Source: Thermodesulfobacteriota bacterium (lineage in GTDB: Bacteria; Desulfobacterota; WTBG01; JAGOGO01). Taken from it: DNA of 32,000 nucleotides. The stretch spans positions 2,175,622-2,207,621 of the forward strand of contig CP113000.1 in NCBI GenBank assembly GCA_026625185.1. Reading direction: 5' to 3'. The position numbers and the translations under genes are program-made. Below are positions 1 to 9,185 of this stretch, in pieces; the stretch's first letter is position 1; each line of letters starts with the position of its first letter. Under the pieces are notes generated by a model. That model was not told the origin of the DNA and did not search any database. It saw only the letters and a list, made by a program, of their open reading frames with translations.

Positions 1-244
1 TAATCGGCAAACCAGGCTCAAGTTCTTTTATAATTGCAACGGCTACATCCCAGGCCATGTCTTTCACGTCTACGTCAAAGACCAAAACGGAAATATGTTC
101 TTTTTGAATGGTGCGAATAGATTCTAAGGCTTGGTCGGTTGTATTCGTGATCAACCCATCCTTTCGTAAGATCAAGTAGATTTTTTTCGCTAGTTTTTTG
201 TCAGGCTCAACAATAAGAATTTTTTTTCTTTCCATTCCATCCAT
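1..244 (-). CDS. Response-regulator receiver (REC) domain protein, 5' part only; gene runs off the window start
   Basis: Not in the ORF track because there is no stop inside the window. My translation of the reverse complement of 1-244 is MDGMERKKILIVEPDKKLAKKIYLILRKDGLITNTTDQALESIRTIQKEHISVLVFDVDVKDMAWDVAVAIIKELEPGLPI. The layout is CheY-like: acidic pair in ILIVEPD and a candidate phospho-acceptor Asp in VLVFDVDV. Start is the ATG at 244 or 235. Confidence 0.55.
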   Translation of the reverse strand, partial: MDGMERKKILIVEPDKKLAKKIYLILRKDGLITNTTDQALESIRTIQKEHISVLVFDVDVKDMAWDVAVAIIKELEPGLPI

Positions 245-553
245 CACACGTGACGATTACTGGCAAATTTGAGGGTTGTAATTTTTTTCAGCTGGAGTTT
301 TTAATAAGAAGTAAACCAAAAATCATACCAACACCTAAGATAAGTATAAAAACTGGTGATGGAGAAATAAAGTTAATAGATTAAGTATGTTAAACGGAAA
401 AAAAGAAAAATAAAAAGAAGAAGGGATCACTATTTTATTTGGGATAAGGGTAAAATAGCCACACGAAATTGTAAGTATCAATTAATATATTGAAATAATT
501 GCAAATAATAAAAACAGGGAGAATAGTAACAATGGGGAAAAATTACCCAGGAT

Positions 554-1918
554 TTACCCTAATTCATATTTTTTTATTTTAGCATAGAGAGTCTTTCGGT
601 CAATACCGAGTAAGGATGCAGCATTTCCCTTATGGCCTTTGGTTTCGTTAAGCACCATCATGATGTGGTGTTTTTCTATCGCTTCGAGATGATAATCATT
701 CTGGGAGATAGGCAAAAATCTGGGAGTTCGTTTGGCTTTTATCCCGGGAAAGTTTCGGGGGAATAAGGTAGCTCCATCCTCCAAAATAAGTGCTCTTTCA
801 ATAGCGTTTTCCAGTTCGCGAGCATTACCCGGCCAGTCATAATACATCAAAAGCTGGATCGTCTCAGGTGCGACCTGAGTAACCGGAATCTTCCGTTTTT
901 TATTATACTTTTGCAAGAAATGGTTTACTAACAAAGGGATATCTTCTTTTCTTTCCCTTAACGGGGGAATATGGATGGGAAAAACATTGAGGCGATAATA
1001 AAGGTCCTCACGAAAAGTTTTTCGGGCAATGGCCTGTTTGAGGTCCTGATTGGTAGCAGCAATGATCCGGACATCTACTCTGAGGGTTTTTTCGCTTCCC
1101 ACGGGTTTCACTTCTTTCTCTTGTATCACCCGGAGTAGTTTCGCTTGGGTATCAAGGCTAAGATTTCCAATTTCATCAAAAAAAAATGTCCCGCCGTTTG
1201 CTAACTCAAAACTGCCATATTTGGTCTGAATCGCGCCGGTGAAAGAGCCTTTGACATGGCCGAAAAGTTCGCTTTCCAATAAAGTTTCAACGAGGGCGGA
1301 ACAGTCCACGGTGATGAATTCCTTGTCTTGCCTTAAACTATACGTATGGACTGCTCGAGCAATAAGTTCTTTACCGGTGCCGCTTTCACCGGTAACTAAG
1401 ACGGTACTGTCGGTGGGAGCAGTCCTCCGGACCAGTTCATAGATGTTCCTCATCACTTCACTCTGACCAACAATTACGTCCGCTTCATTTTTTGCTTTTA
1501 ATTGCCGGCGGAGTTGAAGATTTTCAGTTAGAAGGCTTTTTCTTTCTAATGCGCGGTTAATGGCTACCCGGAGGACATTAGGAGTAAAAGGCTTGGTGAT
1601 GTAATCATAAGCGCCCAGTTTTATTGCCTTTACGGCAGAATCAATTGAGGGGTACCCGGTTACGATTAAAATCGTTATTGCTGAATCCATTTCTTTGAGG
1701 CGTCTCAGCGTCTCAATGCCGCCGATGCCCGGCATTTTTATGTCGAGCAGGACAATATCGAAAGATTCACGGTCAAACTTTTCAATTGCTTCCTCTCCCG
1801 AAGAAGCAGTTTGGACTTCATACCCTTCTTTGGTTAAAATGCGGGAAAGGCTGTCCTGCATGATCTTTTCGTCATCAACAACCAGGACTTGAATAGTATC
1901 TTCTGAATTTTGTTTCAC
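554..1918 (-). CDS. Sigma-54-dependent response regulator (NtrC/AtoC class: REC + AAA+ + Fis-type HTH)
   Basis: 454-aa ORF. REC motifs VLVVDDE, LLDIKMPG and KPF. AAA+ Walker A GESGTGKE, sigma-54 contact loop GSFTGA (GAFTGA variant), Walker B FFFDEIG, RIIAATN and FREDLYYRLN. C-terminal HTH GNAASLLGIDRKTLYAKIKKY. Confidence 0.92.
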   Translation of the reverse strand: MKQNSEDTIQVLVVDDEKIMQDSLSRILTKEGYEVQTASSGEEAIEKFDRESFDIVLLDIKMPGIGGIETLRRLKEMDSAITILIVTGYPSIDSAVKAIKLGAYDYITKPFTPNVLRVAINRALERKSLLTENLQLRRQLKAKNEADVIVGQSEVMRNIYELVRRTAPTDSTVLVTGESGTGKELIARAVHTYSLRQDKEFITVDCSALVETLLESELFGHVKGSFTGAIQTKYGSFELANGGTFFFDEIGNLSLDTQAKLLRVIQEKEVKPVGSEKTLRVDVRIIAATNQDLKQAIARKTFREDLYYRLNVFPIHIPPLRERKEDIPLLVNHFLQKYNKKRKIPVTQVAPETIQLLMYYDWPGNARELENAIERALILEDGATLFPRNFPGIKAKRTPRFLPISQNDYHLEAIEKHHIMMVLNETKGHKGNAASLLGIDRKTLYAKIKKYELG

Positions 1919-1923
1919 AGCGC

Positions 1924-3837
1924 TTATTCCTGAAATTTTTCGAACGCAATGGGAAGGATTATTTTAAAGGTAGCTCCTTTTCCTGATGCGCTCTCAACCT
2001 CGATGGTGCCGTGGTGACTTTGAACAATCCCATATGAAGTGCTCAGACCAAGGCCCGTTCCTTTTCCAACATCCTTGGTAGTAAAGAAGGGTTCAAAAAT
2101 TTTCGATTGTATTGCCGGAGGTATTCCCAGGCCGGTATCTTTAAAAAAAATAGCAATTGAAGATCCATCCGGATTTACTTCGGTCGTGATGGTTAAGGTG
2201 CCGCCTTTTTCACTCATTGCTTCGGCAGCATTGACCATCATGTTCATAAGTACCTGTTTTATTGGATTGGGATCACCTTGAATGAGCGGAAGGTCAGGAC
2301 TTAGCTCTCTTAACGTCTTGATATTATGGAAAAGAGCCTGTTTTTCTAAGAAAAACAAAACATCATCAATCAGCTTGTTAATATCTACCGGTTCAAATTT
2401 TGATTCGGTCTGGCGAGCAAATTCTAATAAATTTTTTACAATATCTTTACAACGGGTTCCCTCCTCAACAATCCTTTTTAGATCCTGAACCCGGGGATCG
2501 TTTTGATCTGCAAAATCTTCCATAAGCAGACTGGCATAGATCAGAATGCCTCCCAAGGGGTTATTGATTTCATGGGCTACTCCGGCCGCCAAACTTCCCA
2601 GTGAAGCCATTTTTTCCGTTTGGATAAGGCGCATTTGGGTATCTTGCAATTCTTTTTCCATTTTAAGTTTCTCACGCAAATCAGTAAACAAGCCGAGGGA
2701 GGCAAGCTCCTTATCTCCCTCATAAATAATAGACGCCGAACAGCTCACCGGTACCTCAATCCCGTCTTTTCCATAAAAGTTGATTCGAAAATTTTCTAAT
2801 TTGCCACGACCGCCGTACTCATCGCTTCGCAATTTTCGCATAATATCTTTCGCTACCTCTATCGGGTAAAACTTCGTAATATGGAAATTTTCGATAACTT
2901 CTTCGGCGTTATAACCGGTTAATTTTTCGGCGGCCTTATTAAAAAAGATAACGTTTCCCCTGGTGTCGGCAGCGACAATACACTCTACCGAATTTTCGAG
3001 AAGATTGGAAAAAAAACGATTTTTTTCCTCCAGTTCCCGTTCCATTCTGATTCGATCAGAAATGTCAATGGTCAGACCCTGATAGCCGACCACCTTATCG
3101 TTTTCGTCCTTAATCACGTGAGAGGTTATTAAAACCGGAATATTTTCTCCGTTCTTTTTTTTCCAGATCACCTCATAATTTTTCACCATTCCGTCTCGCT
3201 CGATAATTTCCTGGTACTTTTCTCGGTCTTCGGGATTTAGATATAAATTCTTAATAATATCCATTTTGAGAAATTCTTCTTTACTGGTATAATTTAAAAT
3301 TTTCAACAAAGCAGCATTGCAATCGACAAATCTTCCATCCTTGCTACTAACAAAAGTTCCTTGATCGACGCGGTTAAATAGCTCATTGTATCTTTTCCCG
3401 GACTCTTGTAATTCTCTTATGAGATGCCACTCGACTGATATCTCGCGAAGATAAATCAAATATTTTTTCTCCCGTGAATGAGTTAAACAACTCGCTAAAC
3501 ACATTTCGGTAACGACGTTCGTAGAATTCGCGGTAATAAGCTCTAGGCCAGGGTATATCCTGGTAGAACAGGTATCGATTTTTTCTTGGAGAGTCTGAAA
3601 GATTTTTTGATTTTTCTCGTCCAAAAAGTCGGTAAAATTTTTACCTAATAGGGTGTTAACTTCGTAACCCATAAAATAGGCAATCATACGGTTAGCAAAC
3701 TGAATGCGGTTATAATCATCTAAAACCAAAATGCCGATATTGGCAATTTCCGCAATGGTTTTGAAAAGATTCGAAGCTTCTAAAAGATCAAGTTCAGAAA
3801 TTTTTGGAGATTTATGGGGGTTGGACATATGTTTCAT
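1924..3837 (-). CDS. Multi-PAS sensor histidine kinase (HisKA + HATPase_c)
   Basis: 637-aa ORF ending 5 nt upstream of the regulator at 1918. H-box AGVAHEINNPLGG, with the His codon CAT at 2572-2574 on the minus strand. N-box MNMMVNAAEAM, G-boxes KDTGLGI and GTGLGLS. PAS-like repeats lie upstream. Confidence 0.9.
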   Translation of the reverse strand: MKHMSNPHKSPKISELDLLEASNLFKTIAEIANIGILVLDDYNRIQFANRMIAYFMGYEVNTLLGKNFTDFLDEKNQKIFQTLQEKIDTCSTRIYPGLELITANSTNVVTEMCLASCLTHSREKKYLIYLREISVEWHLIRELQESGKRYNELFNRVDQGTFVSSKDGRFVDCNAALLKILNYTSKEEFLKMDIIKNLYLNPEDREKYQEIIERDGMVKNYEVIWKKKNGENIPVLITSHVIKDENDKVVGYQGLTIDISDRIRMERELEEKNRFFSNLLENSVECIVAADTRGNVIFFNKAAEKLTGYNAEEVIENFHITKFYPIEVAKDIMRKLRSDEYGGRGKLENFRINFYGKDGIEVPVSCSASIIYEGDKELASLGLFTDLREKLKMEKELQDTQMRLIQTEKMASLGSLAAGVAHEINNPLGGILIYASLLMEDFADQNDPRVQDLKRIVEEGTRCKDIVKNLLEFARQTESKFEPVDINKLIDDVLFFLEKQALFHNIKTLRELSPDLPLIQGDPNPIKQVLMNMMVNAAEAMSEKGGTLTITTEVNPDGSSIAIFFKDTGLGIPPAIQSKIFEPFFTTKDVGKGTGLGLSTSYGIVQSHHGTIEVESASGKGATFKIILPIAFEKFQE

Positions 3838-3873
3838 TCAAGGGTGAAAATTAATTATTTCCTTTATTTTTTA

Positions 3874-3902
3874 ACTATAAGCAAATTAAAGAAAAAATTC
3901 AA
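3874..3902 (-). promoter_or_regulatory. Putative sigma-70-type promoter for the kinase/regulator pair at 3837-554
   Basis: The minus strand reads TTGAAT (3902-3897), a 17-nt spacer, then TATAGT (3879-3874), about 35 nt upstream of the ATG at 3837. Pattern match only. Confidence 0.3.
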
Positions 3903-4011
3903 TTACTATCACAACCCATGAAAAAATTAAGATGTTCTAAGTAAAAAAAATTTTTATTTATACCGAAAAACTATTGACATTCGTTGGATAGTAAGGGTTA
4001 TTCCTGCAGAT

Positions 4012-4075
4012 GAGACTGTGTTGTAAGGCTGGTTTTGGTAGCCGCAAGCTTTAACTCGCGTTTTCTGCTTACTAC
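4012..4075 (-). repeat. Dispersed hairpin repeat, family A, copy 1 (core GCGAGTTAAAGCTTGCGGCTACCAAAACC...ACACAGTCTC)
   Basis: The reverse complement of 4012-4060 aligns with 17860-17906 and 31070-31130. Shared features are the stem-loop CGCGAG-TTAAAG-CTTGCG and the tail CTACCAAAAC..TTACAACACAGTCTC. Confidence 0.7.
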
Positions 4076-4321
4076 CATTTTTCAACCGCCCCATTTAATG
4101 CCATTTTTTTTGGAATTTTTTTGCCCCCCCTTTGGGATAAATTCCTACCCCCTTGGATTTTATCCTATAAAAATCAAGTAGATGCCCTATTGACAGGATT
4201 GGCGACTTTTGTTGTCCGCGAAAATAAAACCCCTCCTCATCCCTCCCTTTGCTAAAGGGGAGGAAGGTTTTTTAAAAAGCATCTCGGATCCAGCATCCAG
4301 AATCAAACCTTCAGCCGCCTC

Positions 4322-4680
4322 TCCTTCATCCTGAAACCCCAGGGCGCAAATGCAGACGTTCAGGTTATTCCCAACCAGGATGAGCTTCCCGTCAAAGTTA
4401 CTTACTTTACCGGCAATGATCCTGCCAAATGGCATACAAACATCCCAATTTATAAAGCAGTTGTCTATCAAGGCCTTTACCCGTGCATAGACTTAAAAGT
4501 CCACGGCACCAACCGGCAGATTGAATACGACTTTATCGTCCATCCCGGAGCGGATCCCAAAAATATAAGCCTTTCCAGGGAGGGATTGATGGTTTGGAAA
4601 CAGACGCGGAAGGAAACCTGATCATCAAGACTGCGCTTACCGACATCAAACACTTAAAGCCGATAATCGGTAGAATCAAC
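4322..4680 (+). pseudogene. Remnant of a large secreted beta-propeller (SBBP-type) / adhesin-like protein gene, frameshifted and truncated at both ends
   Basis: My translation from 4394 is KVTYFTGNDPAKWHTNIPIYKAVVYQGLYPCIDLKVHGTNRQIEYDFIVHPGADPKNISLSREG. After a frameshift near 4590 it continues ETDAEGNLIIKTALTDIKHLKPII. I recognise the pattern YFxGNDPxxWxTxIPxY...YPGIDLxxxGNxxQxEYDFxVxPGADPxxI as the conserved N-terminal module of such proteins; the family name is from memory. No start codon, and the remnant stops at the IS30 end. Confidence 0.5.
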
Positions 4681-5770
4681 TTCAAAGTGCACCATTTGAG
4701 AAAAGCATGCGACATGACAGGAATTCTGGTATGTTGAGAAGAACGACCAACTCGCAACCAGAAAGAGCCTGCCATGTCATATATACATTTAACAGAAAAC
4801 GAACGATATGTCATCAGCCATTTAAATGTGGCTGGATTTAGTAAACGAGAAATTGCCCGCCGGATAAACCGAGATCACAGCACGGTCAGTCGTGAACTTA
4901 AACGCAACGGGCCGGAATATGATTGCACTGTTTATTGGTATGACTGGACGCATCCGGTAGCTCTAAAACGACGGCATCAGGCCAGGCATTATCGTCGGGA
5001 GGGCAACGAGCGCCTTGTTGATTATGTAAAAACAAAACTGAATCTGCAATGGTCTCCAGAGGAGATAAGCGATTATATGCGGATTAATTATCCTGATGAT
5101 GAGACGATGCGAGTGTGCCATGAGACAATTTATCGCTGGATTTATAAGGATGCGAAGGTTAATGGCAAGCTTTATCTAAACCTGCGGCGGGGGAGGAAAA
5201 GGCGACGGCGCCAGAAACGGTATGGTTTGGGAAGGCGGTTTCTTGCCGGGCGCAAGAGAATTGCTCAACGACCTGAAATCGTGGAAGGGAGAAAACGATT
5301 TGGAGACTGGGAGGGCGATACGATCGAAGGCAAAAAAAGCAGTGGCTATATCGCGACGTTAGTCGAACGCAAGAGCCGCTACCTTTTGGCTGGCAAGCTG
5401 GAAAATAAGAAAGCTACGACATTGACAGATAAAAGCACTCAAATTTTCAGGCGCATTCCTGGAATAATGCGGCAAACTTTAACGGTAGATAATGGAACAG
5501 AGTTTGCCCAATTTAAAGAACTTGAGGAAAAAACCAAACTCAGTATTTACTTTGCCGATCCTTATGCTGCATGGCAGCGAGGAGCCAATGAAAACACCAA
5601 CGGATTACTGCGGCAGTATTTTCCGAAAGGAACTTACATGAGAAAAATTACCGAACGTGATATTTCTCGTGCTGTTAAAAGGCTTAATAATCGGCCAAGA
5701 AAATCTCTCAACTACCGGACACCCTATGAAGTGTTCTGGAATGCAGCTCGTGGTGCACTTGCAATTTGAA
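4681..5770 (+). mobile_element. IS30-family insertion sequence (about 1.09 kb)
   Basis: Single transposase ORF flanked by imperfect terminal inverted repeats: TTCAAAGTGCACCA at 4681-4694, and TGGTGCACTTGCAATTTGAA at 5751-5770 (reverse complement TTCAAATTGCAAGTGCACCA). The right repeat overlaps the stop codon, as is common in IS30 elements. Exact ends and target duplication are not resolved. Confidence 0.7.
4774..5769 (+). CDS. IS30-family DDE transposase
   Basis: 331 aa. N-terminal HTH HLTENERYVISHLNVAGFSKREIARRINRDHSTVSRELKRN. Catalytic region GDWEGDT ... LTVDNGTEF ... WQRGANENTNGLLRQYFPKG, which is a typical IS30 DD(E) signature. Confidence 0.93.
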   Translation: MSYIHLTENERYVISHLNVAGFSKREIARRINRDHSTVSRELKRNGPEYDCTVYWYDWTHPVALKRRHQARHYRREGNERLVDYVKTKLNLQWSPEEISDYMRINYPDDETMRVCHETIYRWIYKDAKVNGKLYLNLRRGRKRRRRQKRYGLGRRFLAGRKRIAQRPEIVEGRKRFGDWEGDTIEGKKSSGYIATLVERKSRYLLAGKLENKKATTLTDKSTQIFRRIPGIMRQTLTVDNGTEFAQFKELEEKTKLSIYFADPYAAWQRGANENTNGLLRQYFPKGTYMRKITERDISRAVKRLNNRPRKSLNYRTPYEVFWNAARGALAI

Positions 5771-5854
5771 TTCACCGCCCGTGCAAACTAAAATCACTTA
5801 ATCACCAAAAAACTGTTCTCTTCTTGGTTGTTAAGAAAATATAATCACTTTCGA

Positions 5855-7219
5855 TTACAGAGTAATTTTGTATCGCTTGATCTTAGCGATGAGTGACACT
5901 CTGGAGAGGCCGAGGATTTTGGATGCCATGGTGCGGTTTCCACCGGAGTGTTTAAGTATACGCTCGATGTGCTCTTTTTCTACTTGGACCATAGATTTGC
6001 ATTGGGTATCAACCAGAGAGTATTTCGCCTTTAACGTTGCTTCCAGGAAATATTGCGGCAGTGATCTTCTGGTCAATTCTTTGCCGGTTTCAAGAAGGAC
6101 TGCACTGTTAATGATATTTTCCAACTCTCGGACATTTCCGGGATAGTGATATCGCTGGAGCAATGTCAAAACATCTTCTGAAATGGTATTGATTTTTTTG
6201 TTGTGGGTAGCGGCATATTTTTTCAGAAAGTATTGTGCCAGGAAAACAATATCGCCTTCCCTTTTTCGAAGGGGTTCAACAAAAACCGAGGAAACATTGA
6301 GCCGGTAAAAAAGATCGGTTCGAAAATTTCCCTGCTGAATTTCTTCCTGCAAATCTTTGTTGGTGGCTGTAATAAGTCTTACATCCACCCGGCGGCTTTT
6401 CGTAGAACCGACCGGGAAAAATTCACCCTCCTGTAAAACGCGAAGCAACTTTACTTGAACGGAAAGGGAAAGATCTCCGATTTCATCCAGAAAAAGAGTA
6501 CCATGATCCGCTTTTTCCAAAATACCCGTTTTATCAGAAACCGCGCCGGTAAACGCCCCTTTGGTATGCCCGAAAAATTCAGAAGCAAAGAGCTCTGAGG
6601 CCAGAATGCTGGCATTGATAGCAACAAAAAGTTTATCTTTGCGCTTTGAAAGTTTATGAATCGCACGGGCAATAAGCTCTTTACCGGTGCCGGATTCTCC
6701 CCAAATAAGCACCGGGTTGTCGGTTGGTGATATTTTTTCAATATATTTTAATACTTTTTGCATTTGGGGAGAGGAGTTAATAATTTTGACAAATGGGTCG
6801 TCCTCTTCTGCTTCTTCAATATGGTTTCTTAGCTCTTCAACTTTCAACTTGAGGGTTCGTCGCTCAAGGGTTCGATCAATAGAGATAAGGAGTTTAGCCC
6901 GATCAAGGGGTTTGGTCAGATAATCATACGCCCCGAGTTTGATTGCTTTTACGGCAAGTTCAATATCTTCCACTCCGGAGAGAATAAGAATTTCCGGCGC
7001 ATCTGGTCTTTCTGATAGATAATGCAAAATATCTAATCCGGTAACTTCGGGCATATCCATGTCAAGTAAAATCAGCTCCGGCTGAAATTCTAAAATAGTT
7101 TCGAAAGCCTTTTTGCTCTCGCTCAGGCATTGCACCTCGAATTTACCCGCTTGCATCAAAAGGACTTCTAAATAATTGAGAATCGCCTGGTCATCGTCTA
7201 TGATTAATATTTTATGCAC
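5855..7219 (-). CDS. Sigma-54-dependent response regulator (NtrC class), paralog of 554-1918
   Basis: 454 aa, the same length as the other activator. REC motifs ILIIDDD, LLDMDMPE and KPL. GESGTGKE, canonical GAFTGA, LFLDEIGDL, RLITATN and FRTDLFYRLN. C-terminal HTH NRTMASKILGLSRVSLIAKIKRY. Confidence 0.92.
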   Translation of the reverse strand: MHKILIIDDDQAILNYLEVLLMQAGKFEVQCLSESKKAFETILEFQPELILLDMDMPEVTGLDILHYLSERPDAPEILILSGVEDIELAVKAIKLGAYDYLTKPLDRAKLLISIDRTLERRTLKLKVEELRNHIEEAEEDDPFVKIINSSPQMQKVLKYIEKISPTDNPVLIWGESGTGKELIARAIHKLSKRKDKLFVAINASILASELFASEFFGHTKGAFTGAVSDKTGILEKADHGTLFLDEIGDLSLSVQVKLLRVLQEGEFFPVGSTKSRRVDVRLITATNKDLQEEIQQGNFRTDLFYRLNVSSVFVEPLRKREGDIVFLAQYFLKKYAATHNKKINTISEDVLTLLQRYHYPGNVRELENIINSAVLLETGKELTRRSLPQYFLEATLKAKYSLVDTQCKSMVQVEKEHIERILKHSGGNRTMASKILGLSRVSLIAKIKRYKITL

Positions 7220-7269
7220 CGTTTAATTCCTGTTTTTTCATTAAAGAATTAATTTCAAAACTCATGATA

Positions 7270-9159
7270 TCACGCGTGAGTAATTGCGAGGGCGCTTTTT
7301 TTGCCGTTTTCCAAAGGCTGGTACGGTAATACTATTTTAAATTCACTTCCTTCACCGGGCCAGGTATCAACACTGATCGTTCCCCCATGTTCTTCAATAA
7401 TGCCGTAGGCAATAGAAAGTCCCAACCCCGTTCCTTGTCGGGCCTTCTTGGTGGTGAAGAAGGGATCAAAAATTCTTTTTTTCACATCGTTTGTCATCCC
7501 GGTTCCGTCATCCTTTATATACACATGAAGGGTGTTGTTATTATAAAGAAAAGTTTTAATATAAATATTACCCATTTCTCCATTATTTTGCTGTTCAATA
7601 GCGTGAGAAGCGTTAATGATGATATTCACCATCACCTGTTCCAGTTTCTGTACATTGCCCTTAATCGTAGGAATTTTTTCTGCTAAGTCAAGGTTAATGT
7701 TCGCCGTTCGTTTAACTTGATTGTGCACCAGCCGCAGGCTGCTTTCAATAACGAGATTAAAATCAACGTCTTCGTCCAGACGTCCTTCGTCGCGGCGGGC
7801 AAATTTTCTTAAGTCGGAAACGATGTTCATAATTCTATCCGCCCCGTTCTGCATATCGGAAAGAAGTATCGGAATAGTTTTTCTGAAATATTCGTAGGGT
7901 AACCGCGCTATTTTGAAGTCGGTATTTTTTTTCTTATGGTCGTCCAACATAGGAATAATGGTTTCCATCGCTTCGGAAATGATCCCGATGTTCCCTCGTA
8001 TGAAGGTATTGGGGTTGTTGATTTCATTGGCGATGCCGGAGACGAGTTGCCCGAGAGAGGCGAGCCGGTCTGACTGTATTAGCTGTTGCTCCATCTCTTT
8101 TACATTGGTGGTTTCTCGAACAATATGGATTAAACCCGTTACATTGCCTTTATTATCAAAAATCGGGTAACAGGAAACGAGATAAAATTTATTTTTCATT
8201 AAAGCTTCCAGTTGCGCTGGTTTCTTGGTTTCGCTAACCTTAAAGGCAATACACCCCTTGCAGGGTGTTGAATAATTCCAAAAAACCTCGTAACACTTTT
8301 TGCCGGCAATATCCATTTTTTTATTTACTATCTGAAGGTTGAAATCTCCGTCAGTCATATAGACAAGGTCAGTGATGGCACCAAACAGGGCTTGGAGACG
8401 CTTCGAGTTTTCTTCAAGCTGTTCGGCTATTTCTTTTCGTTCAAAAGCATTCGCCACCATATTGCCGGCTTCAACGAGCATCTCCAACTCTTCCGGAATA
8501 AATTCCCCCTGTTTTTTAATATAATATATCTCGATCGCTCCCCTTGGCTTTCCATTAATAATCATATCAGTGACGATTTTGTTGTCGAGATGTTGAGGCG
8601 GTAAAGGGAGAACGCAAAATTCTTGGTTGTCGAAGAGGATCCTCGACCGTGCGTGCTGCGGAAATGACATAGACTGATTCAAAATGGAGGTAATGCCGAT
8701 GAGTGTTTCTTCCCCGGCCCCGGCTTTGTTCAAGAGCTTGTCAATGTTGTATAAAGCCATAAGCTCTTTTACCCGCTTTCTTCTTTCGGTCGCTATTGTC
8801 CGAGCGGGCGAAACTTTTCGATCTCCAATACCTACATAGATTTGTTTGCCTTCTTTCGTTAAATTAAAAATGGTAAAATTCAGGCGAAGCGATCCGCCGT
8901 CTTTCTTTTTGAAGTAGACCCGTTTGAATAAAAACTCATTTCCTTCTTGGTGAGTTTGTTCAAAGGCCCATTTAAGACGGGGATAGTTCTTTTCAACAAG
9001 TACATCGTGCAAGGTTTTATTTTTCAGATCCTCCTGGTCGTAACCAAGAGCAGCGGCAGTGCTGGGTTTTATACAAATGATATTAAAGTCGAGATCCAAA
9101 ACAAAAAAGTCCACAAACGTTTTATCAAGGATCTCGAAACTTTGATTAAAAGCATTCAT
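7270..9159 (-). CDS. PAS/GAF-type sensor histidine-kinase homolog whose H-box has Asn in place of the phospho-accepting His
   Basis: 629 aa. The dimerisation/H-box region reads SGIANEINNPNTF, against AGVAHEINNPLGG in the paralog; the Asn codon AAT is at 8026-8028. The ATPase N-box (NIIINASHAI) and G-boxes (DDGTGM, GTGLGLS) are intact. A Cys-rich PAS segment is KKCYEVFWNYSTPCKGC. Confidence 0.85.
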   Translation of the reverse strand: MNAFNQSFEILDKTFVDFFVLDLDFNIICIKPSTAAALGYDQEDLKNKTLHDVLVEKNYPRLKWAFEQTHQEGNEFLFKRVYFKKKDGGSLRLNFTIFNLTKEGKQIYVGIGDRKVSPARTIATERRKRVKELMALYNIDKLLNKAGAGEETLIGITSILNQSMSFPQHARSRILFDNQEFCVLPLPPQHLDNKIVTDMIINGKPRGAIEIYYIKKQGEFIPEELEMLVEAGNMVANAFERKEIAEQLEENSKRLQALFGAITDLVYMTDGDFNLQIVNKKMDIAGKKCYEVFWNYSTPCKGCIAFKVSETKKPAQLEALMKNKFYLVSCYPIFDNKGNVTGLIHIVRETTNVKEMEQQLIQSDRLASLGQLVSGIANEINNPNTFIRGNIGIISEAMETIIPMLDDHKKKNTDFKIARLPYEYFRKTIPILLSDMQNGADRIMNIVSDLRKFARRDEGRLDEDVDFNLVIESSLRLVHNQVKRTANINLDLAEKIPTIKGNVQKLEQVMVNIIINASHAIEQQNNGEMGNIYIKTFLYNNNTLHVYIKDDGTGMTNDVKKRIFDPFFTTKKARQGTGLGLSIAYGIIEEHGGTISVDTWPGEGSEFKIVLPYQPLENGKKSALAITHA

Positions 9160-9185
9160 AGCAGAAATATTCAGATGTAATGCCG

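Noticed and set aside
245-553. Search for a sigma-54 promoter or terminator between the activator gene (554) and the orphan REC gene (244)
   Set aside because: The only candidate is TGGTATGATTTTTGG on the minus strand, which lacks the -12 GC. No convincing hairpin plus T-tract was found either.
4187-4814. Minus-strand ORFs 4187-4471 and 4533-4814 from the track
   Set aside because: The same DNA reads on the plus strand as a recognisable, frameshifted remnant of a secreted-protein gene. The 5' parts are encoded by palindromic repeats and by the IS30 left end, so both are spurious.
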